From the NCBI GenBank assembly GCA_002189035.1, contig CM007991.1:1116001-1180000 (forward strand): 64,000 nt of DNA, read 5' to 3'. The position numbers were made by a program, and so were the translations under genes. The DNA is from Utricularia gibba (Eukaryota; Plantae; Magnoliophyta). Below are positions 14,000-28,218 of the stretch, piece by piece (position 1 is the stretch's first letter; each line of letters opens with the position of its first letter). The notes under the pieces were generated by a model, which searched no databases, was not told the origin of the DNA, and saw nothing but the letters and a program-made list of their open reading frames with translations.

Positions 14000-15084
14000 A
14001 TGGGGACAATGGCCCAGCTTCGCTATTCCCCTCTTACTGGTCATTATTGCCGTGGCATGAATTCTCGCCAGTCTACATTCGTCGATGTTTCCTTCCCGAG
14101 TAATAATGCCCTCCCGACATTGAAATTCGGATCAAATATAGCAGTAAGCAAGAATCGCTGTCAAACCGAATTCCTACAGGTTAGTGCTGTAGGAGGTGGT
14201 GGTTTTAGGTCAGGGCACGGTGGCCATGGAGATGGTGGCAGTGGAGGTTGGAGTGGTAAAGGGGATTCTTCAGATGAATCCAATTTTTCTTGGGATGCAT
14301 TTGGACCAATTGGAGCATTTCTCAGTGGATGGAGATCGAGGGTGGCAGCTGATCCACAATTCCCATTCAAGGTTTTGATGGAGGAGTTGGTTGGTGTTAG
14401 TGCTTGTGTACTTGGAGATATGGCTTCACGCCCCAATTTTGGCCTCAACGAGCTTGATTTCGTATTCTCCACGCTCGTAGTTGGTTCCATTTTGAATTTT
14501 GTCCTCATGTATCTACTGGCCCCTACTCTCTCGGCATCAGCACAAACCTTGCCTTCCATTTTCGCAAGTTGTCCCACAAGTCACATGTTTGAACCTGGAG
14601 CATATAGCCTACTGAGTAGGTTAGGGACATTTGCGTATAAGGGAACCGTTTTTGCTGGCGTGGGGTTTGCAGCTGGACTTGTTGGTACTGCTATTTCCAA
14701 TGGACTCATCAAGATGCGAAAGAAGATGGATCCCAACTTTGAGACACCTAATAATCCTCCTCCAAAAGTGCTGAATGCTGCTACATGGGCTCTCCATATG
14801 GGTCTCAGCAGTAACTTTAGATACCAAACTCTCAATGGGATTGAGTTCTTGTTGGCCAAAGGGCTCCCCCAGTGCTCTTTAAGTCATCAGTTGTGGTTCT
14901 GAGATGCTTAAATAACGTTCTTGGAGGAGTTTCTTTTGTTGTGTTGGCTAGGTTAACTGGATCACAAAGCGCCAATGCATTGAAGGAAGGTGCTGATGAG
15001 CATGAGGTGCCCGAAGAAAAGCAGAAACTATTGAGTGAAGCTGGCAACCCTTTATCCAGTGACTCTTTATCTTCATCCAAGTGA
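14000..15084 (+). CDS. RER: RETICULATA-related plastid envelope protein (DUF3411, RER2/3-like); apparent 1-nt frameshift at 14866-14870
   Basis: A transit-peptide-like N-terminus and Gly-rich linker precede GWRSRVAADPQFPFKVLMEE, RPNFGLNELDFVFSTLVVGS and SSNFRYQTLNG. The C-terminal LFKSSVVVLRCLNNVLGG continues in the adjacent frame. Confidence 0.92.
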
Positions 15085-16169
15085 TGCAGGCTGCATGGTT
15101 TCCCCTACTCTTTGCACTTGGATTCAGTTTGCGGTAAATGCCCCTCTACCTATCAAGTTTCTCATTAGCATGTCACTTGGGTTTTCTGGTTTATGATCTA
15201 CGATCCTTTTTTATGAATAAGTTTTGAATTTGGATACGATGTATCATGTTTAGCTTTTGCATGAAACACCCGAACTTGAGATCAGTCTTAATGAAACTCT
15301 CTTAAGCTTCAACTTCTAGGGGGGAAAAGCTTGTAGAGTTTGTAGCGTCGCTGTAGGCAAACTAGAGCTACACAATGATTATATGCTAAAGTAGTTAGCA
15401 TCTAGAAGACGAACTGCAGTGGAGCCATTGACTTGGGGAACCGATTTTTCGGACCGGCCGATCCTATAAATAAAAAAAAAAAAAAACAAGTGAGCCGGGT
15501 TGACTGCGGGTGTAACTGATAACCGATCCAACGGTGAAAACAATTCTTAAACCGGAGTTGGATGTTGGGTCTCAACTTCCAGCTCCGGCAGTCCAGAAAT
15601 TTCTTTGCGTAAAAGCGAACAGCGTTAGCAAGATCCCTTTTGTAGAGAGAATGGCGTTTCTCTTACTTGCTTGTCTTCGTGGAAGTCCTTCTCAACTGGC
15701 ATGTGGCCCAACGGCGAACAGGATGATTTGTAAAAACCAAAAAAGCACATGTGTTTACAGTTAATCTTCACCGAAAGCGTTGTGCAATTTGCAGCGCTGA
15801 AAAGAAGGCAAAAACAAAAAGCACAGCAATTTCCCAGGGAGACGCCACCGGAGTATTTGGATTTCGGACAGGATTTGAGACAGTGAGGAAAACGGTTGGT
15901 GGTAGTAAGGAAGTTTATTAGAGTATTTCTCTTTCTGGGCACACTGGAATTTTGAATTTTCCGTTTAATTTTTGGGTGTCTTGTTCGATTTAGTTGAGAG
16001 CGTGGGCAGGATTTGGAGCTGAAGTTGCAAATTGATTCAATCATTGGAAGGGAAAGAAGGAGGTTCTCTTTCATTATTGTAGTTTAAAGTTTCCTGCAAC
16101 TCATCCAGTGGAGCTGTATCTTCTGAATGAGTTGAAAAGGTGGAGATCGGGTCTTAGAAGTATTGGGCT

Positions 16170-19100
16170 ATGGTGAGAGCCTTTCCTTCTGTTAACGATC
16201 CAAGCTCTTGCTTTCTTTTTGTGCTTTGCGTGGGAATGGTTTTGATTTTGTTTTGACTGGTGACGACCGATTGTTTCCCATTTATACCAGGCTTATTCGG
16301 GCCCCTTTTCGTCAAAGTTTTAATCTTTTCATTGCATGAAAATGACCATTTTGTTGATCTCTGATTGAAGATAGAAATCAAAATTTTTGTGTATGTAGCT
16401 TGGAAATCAGTCGGTTCAGTTTGTATGACCCAAGGGTTTGCTTTCGGCTGGCTTGCATATAAAAGAGTATTTATGTTAAGTGTCACTTTTTTTTCTCAGC
16501 AGTGGTACTCATCATGATATTAATAGTTGGTATTGGATTTATCCCAGCCGTTATGCCAAAAGATGAAAAAGGAGGTTTCTTAGACCATGCACTTCTTTTT
16601 GTAGGGATCAACTGCCAAGATTATTGTTGGTTCCCATGTATGGGTTGAGGATCCGATCTTAGCATGGATTGATGGAGAAGTAACCCGAATAGATGGCCAG
16701 GATGTTCATGTTCATACTACTACTGGGAAGAAGGTGACCTGAAAGCACACATGGAAAACTTTCCTATACTACTGTCTTCTTGTTTGCCACAAACATCCTG
16801 TACATGTTTTTTGTGCTATTTTTATAGGAACTTCTGTACCAGAAACACTTATATCAATGGTCAACATTTTTGCATTGGAAATATTTTATAGGATTGCACA
16901 GTTAATTTTATAAAGACCCCATACAGGGCTTTTTTTTTCATTTTCTGGTTTTTGGTGTCGAGATATTGCATATAAAAGTTTTGCGTGATGACACTTGTTT
17001 ATTAGCGATGTTCATGTAATAGAATGTAAAAAATGCGGACCTCGAAATTTTCAGGTAGTTGTAAACATCTCAAAGATGTATCCCAAGGATACTGAGGCAT
17101 CCGCCGGAGGAGTAGATGACATGACAATGCTTTCGTATCTGCATGAACCTGGAGTGCTTCAAAACCTGGCTACCAGATATGGACTGAACGAAATTTATGT
17201 AAGCTATCTGATGTTTACATTGATATCTATGAATGTCAGTATTTTTAAACTCTGGATAATTAATTTTTTTCTTCAGACATATACAGGAAATATTCTGATT
17301 GCGGTGAACCCTTTTCAAAGGCTGCCTCATCTATATGACACTCACATGATGGAACAATACAAGGGAGCAGCTTTAGGCGAACTAAGCCCTCATGTGTTTG
17401 CAATTGCCGATGTTGCATACAGGTGAGAGTAGAAAAAAAAACAAATACTAGAGCATGAACTTGTTAGGGGCTTGGGGTAGATTGACAGTGGTCGGCAACA
17501 TCTATGTCTCATGTGTAACTATTTGCGTTCAGAGCAATGCTTAATGAGGGGAAGAGCAATGCAATTTTGGTTAGTGGTGAAAGTGGAGCTGGTAAAACCG
17601 AGACCACGAAAATGCTGATGAGATATCTCGCACATTTAGGTGGTCGTTCTGGAGTGGAAGGAAGGACTGTGGAGCAGCAAGTTCTAGAGGTTATAGTTTT
17701 TGCTAGAATAATCAGGCTTCAAAGTATAAGCAAACATTCAAGGCAGAATCTAACAATAAAATTTTGAACACAGTCAAATCCCGTTCTTGAAGCATTTGGA
17801 AATGCCAAAACTGTCAGGAACAATAACTCAAGGTCAGTATAATTTGTACTTTCTAAGTAAGTCATCTTCCATTTTTACAAATATGCTATATCAATCTTAA
17901 AAGCATTACGAATTGTTGTTCTACAGTCGTTTCGGCAAATTTGTTGAAATACAATTTGATAAACATGGGAGGATCTCAGGGGCTGCCATTAGAACCTACT
18001 TGCTGGAGAGGTCTCGTGTTTGCCAGATTTCATTTCCTGAGAGAAACTACCACTGCTTTTATCTTTTGTGTGCGGCACCTCTAGAAATAAAGTTTATTTC
18101 TCAATCAGTGTACCATACCTGAAGGGACATCATGCTTTCAAATCAGTCATGAATATTCCAATTATCTCAGGAAAGAGAGAAGTATAAGCTTGGAAAACCT
18201 GAATCGTTTAATTATCTTAACCAGTCAAGTTGTTATCAACTGGATGGTGTAGATGATTCTGAGGAATACCTTGCAACCAGAAGGGCTATGGATGTTGTTG
18301 GCATCAGTGATGAAGAACAGGTTATCATTCTTTTGGAGACATTTTCTCAAATATTAGCTGAAATTCGAGCATTGTTATTTGACATTTCTTTGGTACCAAC
18401 TGTGTAAAATTAGGAGTCAATATTTAGGGTTGTTGCAGCAATCCTCCATCTGGGTAATATTGAGTTCTCCAAGGGAGAAGAGATTGATTCTTCTGTGGTT
18501 AAGAATGAGAAGTCTAGGTTTCATATGAATACAGCTGCTGATTTACTCAAGTATGAAATAATTTGGTTGTGATGTTTTGAACTTACATAAGATAGAATTC
18601 TGACCTATTTTGATTCACTAGGTGTGATTCCAAGAGCCTGGAAAATGCACTGATTCAGCGTGTCATGGTGACTCCTGAGGAAATTATTACAAGGACTTTG
18701 GACCCAGAGGGTGCATTGGGAAGCAGGGATGCTTTGGCTAAAACTATATATTCTCGTTTATTTGATTGGTAAGATTTTGAATATGGGAGGGATTCTGTAG
18801 CAGATTTTTCGTCATGGTTTTTTAGTGTCTTTTCTTCATTCACGAAGTAGTGTTGAATAGTGAAATCTGTCATTTAATTTAAGATCTTGGTGTTTTAGCT
18901 TGGCTGCGGAGCATATTTTCTCATCCATCTATCTAACTTCGACATGCTTCATAACACTATAAAAAGAGCATGTACTACATCTCTTCTCTGCTTATCTACC
19001 AGGATTGTGGATAAAATAAATATATCCATTGGTCAGGATCCAAATTCGAAAGCAATAATTGGGGTTCTGGACATATATGGGTTCGAAAGTTTTAAACAGA

Positions 19101-22100
19101 ACAGGTTTGCTGTAATCAGATCTTGTCTGCTGTATCCAATGTTTTAGAAAACACCTCTGATATTCTTTATTGAATTATTAGTTTTGAGCAGTTCTGCATC
19201 AACTTCACCAATGAAAAGCTGCAGCAGCACTTTAATCAGGTCATTCCACTTCAGTGTGGTGCTTACTGTTTGCTTTATTGGTATGCTAATATATGGTGTT
19301 GGCGCTACAGCATGTTTTTAAGATGGAGCAGGAAGAGTATGAAAAAGAAAAGATAGAATGGAGCTATATAGAGTTTGTTGATAACCAAGATGTTCTTGAT
19401 CTTATTGAGAAGGTCTGAGTTTTTTCAATTGTTTTATATTTTTGAGATAGCTAGAATATATCAAATTTGATTGCATTCTCTATGGACAATTGTAGATTAA
19501 GGGTTCTGATTCTTTTCATTTTTTCGTCTCTATGGCAGAAACCTGGGGGAATAATTGCGTTGCTTGATGAAGCATGGTATTCCATCCAATTACCTTTAGT
19601 TACTTTTGGCATGCCACATAATCATCTTACCAAAAGGCTTAGCAGTGTATCAAAAATACACACACATTCCTTTTGTATCATATGCTATTTATTGTCATCT
19701 CGTCATCCTTTAGTATGTCTATGTTGCAGTATGTTCCCCAAATCCACTCACGAGACATTTGCTCAGAAGTTGTATCAGACTTTTGCAAAGAATAAGCGTT
19801 TTATTAAACCCAAGCTATCCCGCACCAATTTCACAATTTGTCACTATGCTGGGGAGGTGTGTGCAACTTACCTTGTAGCTGCTGCATGATGACACACAGA
19901 ACAAAGACAATTATGGAACTGGAGGCTTTGCAATAAAAATTTAATAAGCAATTTTTTTATGTGTGCAGGTAGCTTATATGGCAGATCTGTTCCTGGATAA
20001 GAACAAGGATTATGTCGTTGCAGAACATCAGGATCTATTGACAGCTTCTAAATGCTCTTTTGTGGCCAATTTATTCCCCCCTCTTCCTGAAGAGTCATCT
20101 AAATCTTCCAAGTTTTCTTCAATAGGGACACGCTTTAAGGTGATATACCATTTTTCAACAAATTTTAGTATTTCGTGAGGCCTTCAATGTAAAGCCCTCA
20201 AATCAGTTCCTCCTAAGTGCTGGCATGCCATTTGAACTGGGCACTGCTCTGAGGTATATTTTCATGCTTGCAGCAACAACTTCAATCTCTGATGGAAACT
20301 TTGAGTTCAACTGAACCACATTATATCAGATGTGTGAAACCGAATAATGTATTGAAGCCTGCCATATTTGAGAATCTTAATGTGATCCAACAGTTGAGAT
20401 GTGGTGTAAGTATTTTCTTAAAGATTTGCTAAAGTAGTCATTCAACGTTATCATCTGAGCCGGATTCATGTCTTTTTTTTATTATTTCTCACTTCCATTC
20501 ATCTTAATTAAATTTTTGTTTAGGGTGTCCTAGAAGCTATCAGAATTAGCTGTGCTGGATACCCTACTAGACGGACTTTTGATGAATTTCTTCTTCGATT
20601 TGGTGTTCTTGCCCCTGAAGCATTGGATGGGATGTAGGTTTTTTACTTCCAGTTGAATGCATGAAATGTCTAGTGTCGATGTTTGTTCTGGTGTAGTCAA
20701 ATTTCCTTCAATGTTAAATAATTCCCTTTTTCTTCAGCTCCGATGAAAAGGTTGCATGTCAGACGATTCTTAGCAAAATGGGGTTAAAGGGCTATCAGGT
20801 TGGATTTGCATGGCTACATGAGTTGCTTGTAAATCTGTGGCACTCATCAAGTTCACTTTTGTATTAATCAAAATTTCTCAGTGCATGATGGTGTCCTTTT
20901 TGTGCACTGAATCTTCATCATATTGCACTATACAAGTGTATTCACTTTGCATTATGTTTCTTTCAGTTGGGTAGGACTAAAGTCTTCCTACGAGCTGGTC
21001 AGATGGCTGAGCTTGATACAAGGAGAACTGAGGTCCTGGGGAATGCGGCTAAAACAATTCAAAGACAAGTTCGCACATACATTGCTCGGAAAGAATTTGC
21101 TTCTTTACGTCAAGCTGCCATCCAATTGCAATCATGTTGGCGAGGTGATTTAAAATCCCTGCCATCTTGGTCTGGTAGTTGTCTCCTAGTTTGTGAATAT
21201 GAACTTTTTGTAATCATTTTGTAGCTATACATGCGTGCAAACTGTACGAGGAGTTGCAGCGTGAAGCTGCATCGCTGAAGATTCAAAAGAATTACAGATG
21301 CCATCTTGCTCAGAAATCCTATCTGTCTGTGAAGAGGTCTGCTATCATGATGCAGACAGGCATGAGAGCAATGTCTGCTCGAAGTGAATTTAGGTTCAGG
21401 AAGCAGACAAAAGCAGCAACCCAAGTTCAGGTGTTTATTACTAAGATCTCAAATCACCTAAGTATTGATGAACCTAGAAATTCTGGAATCTGATATTACA
21501 GAATTATTTGGATTGTATCTGGATCTTGTAGGCTCATTGGCGTTGTTACAAGGAGTGTTCTTACTACAGAAGTCTCCAGAAGGCTGCTCTTAACACACAA
21601 TGTGGCTGGAGGCAGCGGGTGGCACGAAGAGAGCTGCGAAAGCTTAAAATGGTTTCTTGTTACTTCATGTGGTTCAGTTTGATATTTAAGGTATAAACCT
21701 TACTGCATTTTGGGAGATGTGATTTTTGAACAGGCTGCAAGGGAGACAGGGGCCCTGAAGGAAGCCAAAGACAAACTAGAGAAGAAGGTAGAGGAGCTTA
21801 CATGGCGGTTGCAATTTGAGAAGAGGCTCCGGGTAAGCATTCTTGGCCATTGTGAGTCAATTCGTACATGTTACTGACTGCAAATTTTTTCTCACTCCTA
21901 ACTTCAGACGGAACTGGAGGAAACAAAAGCACAAGAAGTTGCCAAGTTGCAGGAGGCTTTGCACTCAATGCAGTTACAGATAGAAGACGCAAATGTTAGG
22001 GTATTAAAAGAAAGAGAGGCTGCGGAAAAGGCAATTGAAGAAGCCCCTCCAGTAATCAAGGAAACCGCAATACTGGTTCAAGACACGGCAATGATTGATG

Positions 22101-25100
22101 CATTAACCCTTGAGGTTGAGAGTTTAAAGGTAAAATTTTAAGTACAACTGCAACTGCAGAGTTTGTGCACTTTTGGACTTGTAGGTAGTCTCTGGGTTCC
22201 ATGCTACGGGTGTTACATCAGATAATAAGGCATTCAGGTTGCTTTTGTCATGATGGATTAGGTTTTCTTCACTATTTCATTGGCATCATAGAGGAACTAG
22301 GGTTCAAAAAGTCTTAATATTGTACCTAGACCGTGTCATAACTACCTTAAAAATTGCACAGGCTTCACTGCTATCAGAAAGTGAAGCTGCAGAAAACGCC
22401 CGGAAGGCTGGCGTGGATGCTGATGCCAGAAATATGGAGCTATCAAAGAAGTTAGAAGAAACAGAGGAGAAGGTGGGGAAGCTCCTGGAGTCCATTCAGA
22501 GGTAAATAGATACTTGGGACTTTGTGAAAACTGTCTTTGTTGATTTTATATCTTTCAGAAAGTTTTTCGGTTCTTCTTTTAACAATGGTAACTCTTGATC
22601 TCTCTGTTGGTTTCTCATGGAAAACCTAATTGATTTTTTTATCTGTTTTGTCACAGAAATTAAGTGTGAGCAATCCTAGTTTGCCTCATTCTTTATAGTG
22701 CTAGTTTTCACTGCCCATCTATATGCCCCTTTAAACCATCGATCTTCTTTCTTTCTTTTTTTTTTTTTTTTTTTTGAATGAATATAAAACAACCTAGTGG
22801 CTCTGTTAATTGTTGAAGAAATCAATGACCGTGTTAAAGTTTTATTTCTAATAGGATGTGACTTTATACCATTTTCCCAGGCTGGAAGAGAAGCTATCGA
22901 ACTCTGAGTCAGAGAACCAAGTACTTCGCCAGCAAGCCCTCACCATGTCACCCACTGGCAAGACCATACCTGGACGACCCAGGACCACTATTGTTCAGGT
23001 GATGCAATTAATATTTATTACTTTTGCTAACTTTTTAAATGGATTTTTGAGGAAAGATATCATACTCATGAATTTCCAGAGAACCCCGGATAAAGCTATT
23101 ATTCTTAATGGAGAAACAAAACCTACACCAGTAAGAAAACATGTTCGTTTAAATTTACTGTGCCTTTTCAGAAACCTTGCATTTATATCATGCTGAACGT
23201 AGGACGTGGCCATCATACCATTGAGTGCCAAGGAGCCCGAACCTGAGGAGAGGGCCCAGAAGTTTCTAAACGACAAACAGCAAGTAAGTGGTGGTGATTC
23301 CTTGCTCAGCAACAACCATATTACCTGCAAATTTTCAGATTGCAGGAAAAGGCAGAGTTTTGTATGTATTAAGGGGGTATTGTCTGCTTTACAGGAAAAC
23401 CAAGACCTGCTGATTCAGTGTATTTCACAAGACTTGGGGTTTTCAGGTGGCAAACCTGTTGCAGCATACATTATATACAAATGCCTTCTCCATTGGAGGT
23501 CGTTTGAGGTTGAGAGAACTAGTGTATTTGATCGGGTCATTGGAGCCATATCTTCATCCATTGAGGTAAGTTTTGGTATACATGTGACTGTTGTCCCATT
23601 ACTTCACTTTTATTCTATATAAAATTATTGTTATCTCTTTTCAATATATCTTAATGTCTTTTCTTGACCATTTCATTGCAATTGCTGGTAGATATCCCAA
23701 TTTTTTATTCCTTTAAATTCTATGTAGGGCGCTGATAACAATGACATACTAGGATACTGGCTATGCAACACATCAGCACTGTTAATGTTGCTTCAGCACA
23801 CGCTCAAGGCCTGTGGAGCAGCTAGCTTCACTCCTCAGAGGAGAAAGTCATCACCATCATCGCTCTTTGGGAGAATGTCCCAAGTATGCCATCTTACAAT
23901 CATTGCCTTTGAACGGTGTTTTTTCTGCCCATGAATCATCATGCCCATTTTATTTCCTCTTTTCAAAATGTGCTTCTTGAAGGGGTTGAGAACGTCTCCA
24001 CAGAGTGCTGGGCTTCCATTTCTCAATAGTCGGATGCTTGGCAGATTTGATGATTTGCGTCAAGTAGAGGCCAAATATCCCGCTTTGCTATTCAAGCAGC
24101 AGCTCACAGCTTTTCTAGAGAAGATATATGGAATGATCAGAGATAATCTCAAAAAAGAGATTTCCCCTCTGCTCGGTCTATGCATCCAGGCAAGTGTGGC
24201 TGTGCTTACTCATTATTTGAAGTGCCGGAAAAAGCTCCTTTTTCGTGTTCTTATTATAGGGAGGATTCCACCATAATTATTTATTAGGGAAACTTTTTTC
24301 AGTGTCATGATGTTGCAAGAAATTGAATTCCAAGAAAATATTTTCTCCCCTTTGAGCTGTGTATCCTTCAATGCAGGCACCTAGAACATCCCGTACTAGT
24401 TTAGTTAAGGGGCGGTCTCATGCAAATGCTGGTGCTCAACAGGCACTCATCGCTCATTGGCAGAGTATCGTGAAAATCCTGGATGTTTACGTGAAGATAA
24501 TGAAATCAAACTATGTGAGGACTAAGGAACAATTAAGATGGAATTTGGCTTGTTTTTTGTTTTCATTATATAACATTTTTTTTGTTACCACATTTCATTT
24601 CAGGTCCCATCTTTTCTTATCCGAAAGGTTTTCTCTCAAATATTCTCATTTATAAACGTTCAATTATTTAACAGGTAACTTCAACTTCATGGATGCCATT
24701 TGTTCTGTTTTGAAATCAGTTTTGTGTATTCTTTTATATTTTATGAGGTTTTCATTTAATGAATCCATAACTTTCAGTCTTCTTTTACGACGTGAGTGCT
24801 GCTCGTTCAGCAATGGTGAGTATGTCAAAGCAGGGCTAGCTGAATTGGAACAGTGGTGCTGCTATGCATCAGAAGAGGTAAGGTTTTATGCATTTGTGCC
24901 CTATATGGCACTAGGTAGAATTGCTTCTAAATCTTCATGTCTGCAGTATGTAGGCTTGGCTTGGGACGAACTGAAGCATATAAGGCAGGCTGTTGGGTTT
25001 TTAGTAAGATTTTTTTCTCCTAGACCTTGCCTACGGGGTTTTTTTTTTTTTCAGAGCATTGCTAATAAATGCTTATCACAGGTTATACATCAAAAACCCA

Positions 25101-25663
25101 AGAAGACCTTGAATGAGATTACAGAGGAACTGTGTCCGGTGAGAAAAACTTCATCAACCATTTTATCATCAGATTTTCTTAGTTTTTGTTATAAATTTGC
25201 TTGTGGATGTACTTTTTTAGGTATTGAGCATACAGCAACTGTACAGAATTAGTACAATGTACTGGGATGATAAATATGGCACTCACAGTGTGTCTTCTAA
25301 CGTTAGTATTATGTGTTCTTGAATTTGTCTCCTCCACCATAAGCTGATTCTCTTGATCCTCGTGTACTCACTGTTTGCCTGCGCAGGTCATTGCACGTAT
25401 GAGAAGTGTGATGACCGATGATGCCAACAATGCCATAAGCAGTTCATTCCTCCTGGATGATGATTCTAGGTATCAGTTAATTTCTTTATGAGATTAAATC
25501 ATTACTACTGCAAAACTGATAACTTAGACGATACTGCAGCATTCCATTTTCTGTGGATGACCTCTCCAAATCCATGCAAACGATAGAAGTAGCTCACATC
25601 GAGCCTCCACCATTGATCCGAGAAAATTCTGGCTTCGTCTTTTTACACCAGCGGTCAGATTGA
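16170..25663 (+). CDS. Class XI myosin (XI-K/MYA1-like), about 39 exons
   Basis: Domains in order: N-terminal SH3-like [11 protein letters not shown]-loop [33 protein letters not shown] repeats, coiled coil and DIL tail ([18 protein letters not shown]), ending [14 protein letters not shown]. The ATG-only first exon at 16170-16172 is inferred. Confidence 0.95.
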
Positions 25664-26365
25664 TGATGGTCTCATAGATTTCTTTTGAGATACCCTTTCT
25701 TTCCTCGTCTGCTTGATCTCCTGCGTAGGGAGCGTGAGGGCGGATGCCCTGTACATTCTTTGATATCTCCAATGGTGTCCGTGTGCATTTTTTGTGACTT
25801 TCATTTCATACATCAGACAGGCACAAGGTCAAGTTGTCTGTCTGCCTCCTAGTCTCTTGTGTCTTTCAACACTAGAGATTACCCCATTAGAAGAAGATCC
25901 ATTAGTTGTTGCTGCAGGTAATTCATTTCCATGTATTATGGGTTGTGAAGTTATAGGCTAGACTGCGAGGCTTGCATCCATTCCACTGTGGAAGGATTGA
26001 GGTGTGCTGTGTTAGGTGTGTGTATTAAAGCTTCTTTTTGGGTGTACGACATATGCTGTTGATTTGTTTATTTCTCCATTGGTTTGTTGTTGATGTAAAA
26101 ATAGAATACTTTTTAATATGTCTAAAATAAATTTTTACAACTTGTCATGTCAACAGATCTGAACTGTCCCCATACCTGTAGAGCCAACTCCTGAAATAAA
26201 TGCAACAACTCCAGTTATTAAAACACAGTAGCATGATATAATGGCATTATTTCTGGTTTACGCAGTGATTTAGCCATCTGTTTCAATGCACTGCACTTCA
26301 CTAAAAGCCATTTACACTTCTTCAATGACCTGTGTGAATATCCAGATGCTGTTGGAATTGCGAGT

Positions 26366-28218
26366 TCACTTTTCTTTCTCTTTCACCGTGAGGTGCCTGG
26401 GCATCACTTCAACCAGAAAATGTGCTCCATGCCAAATGGTTGCAGAGACTTTGAGCACTTGAAAAGTCAAGTGTAGTCTATAAGATAAGAATATTGGGAC
26501 AGCAAGTGCTGTAGTGGCGAGAGTGAATATTCCCTGCAGGATAATAAACATGAACAAGCGATTCTCAGGGCCTAATAATCCGCTCAACCGCCACCATATG
26601 TTGTCTGCTTTCTGAGCTTGTTTACTAAGTTCCCTGTGCGATGTTTGAGATTTGTGAATACAGGATATATATGACTATCGTGATTGACATCACATAAAGG
26701 CAACTTACTTATAAGATGTCATGATTTCTGGATCCTCAATAAACCTCTGTCTCCTGAGGACGTCAACAATGAGGAAGTAGAGAAGCTGCCAGATACAGTA
26801 GGCAAGTAGAGGAACAGGGAAAAGCCATGTCCATAGATGAGACTTGCCATCAACAGACGGCCATGACGCTCGTTGGGAGCTTCCTTCGGTGTGCACTTCG
26901 TCTAAGAGAACGGGATCCCACCATCTAATCGTGAATAATACCACCCCTGGAAACAAAATGTTTCAATGGGAACAAATAAATATTGCCATACAGCAGAGAA
27001 ACTTGAAATTTCATTCAATCGGTAGAACTAGACACTTCAGCATAGGCTCATTTTTGCAAGTAGAAAAAGAATCCGACACACATTAACAAAGAGAGATTCA
27101 CGATGATGTCATCATACCCGGGAAGAGATGTATCAGTACGCTCACCATTTTATTCATGGAACTGAAAACTAAACTAAATCTCCAGACAACGGTTGCCCAT
27201 GCGAGTGGCCCCTATGATCACAGTTACGAAGCTCAGAAATGAGAGATGGAAATATTAAGGCTAGCATCCATTGATCCAGGCAACATGTATTACCTCTGCT
27301 AATGAGAAGCAAACCATGAATAATTTCTCATTTCTTGGATAGAAGAAAAGCATGATCAAAACGATTGTATTGGCATAATAACAAAAGTCCTGTATGGAAG
27401 TGTCTGAAATCATCATCATCATTCTAGAAACTTCAGTTTACAGCTCCTAACAAGAAATACTGGAAACGAATTGGAAGGAAAAGTCTTTTATACATAAAAA
27501 ATAAGCCTTGGTGATTAGGCCTTCTAACCCACCAATAGATAGTAGTGCCATTTTCTGTATCTGTAATAGACCCACCGTGTGGGAAAACAGACCATGTAGA
27601 ACAGGCAATACCAGTATCGCATATCTTGAGGCCCTGAAAAGAAGAGCAAAATGGGGGCGCTTGAATACATGATAAACCAGTGGTTTTGATACACCGGGAG
27701 TCTAGCCCAGAAGTGCGTGAAATATACAGCGGATACAGAACAAGCGCAACAGATAGAGACACTAAAACATGTAGCAGCAAATGCTCAACGTACTTGCACC
27801 CAAAACAAAGCAAAAGCCTCCGAAGCCAAGGACACCGAGAAGATACGTAACCTGCAACTCAAATCCAAACCTTCAGACCGTCAAAACCCAATGAAGAAAC
27901 ATTAACTGTTCACTTACAACAGGGACTCAAATTCAAACGTTGATACCTTTTGGATTATTGCAGCATGCTCCTCAGCCTGTTTCGCAATCAAAACTGCAGC
28001 TTTCGATAGCATCTCCTTAGCCTGAAACATCCCAAGAACTTAAAAAAAAAAAACTCAAGAAAAAAAGAACCAAGATTCAGCACCCATGTTCTCCCAAGTT
28101 TCAAACTTCATCACCTTAATGCCAATCTTCCCGGAAAACATATCTTCGATCGGTTTTTAGACCGTCGCTTTACCGTTGCACGTGAATACCCTTCGGAACG
28201 CTCCTCCGATGCTGCCGT
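26366..28218 (-). CDS. GPC1: Glycerophosphocholine acyltransferase (GPC1/GPCAT, DUF2838); exon 1 anomalous
   Basis: Spliced exons give [61 protein letters not shown] and [10 protein letters not shown]. The putative exon 1 (28218-28144) starts with ACG and is followed by AT rather than GT. The first in-frame ATG is at 28012. Confidence 0.9.

Noticed and set aside
18087-28143. U12 (AT-AC) interpretation of the two AT donors at 18087 and 28143
   Set aside because: Neither has the ATATCCT donor consensus, and both introns end in AG.
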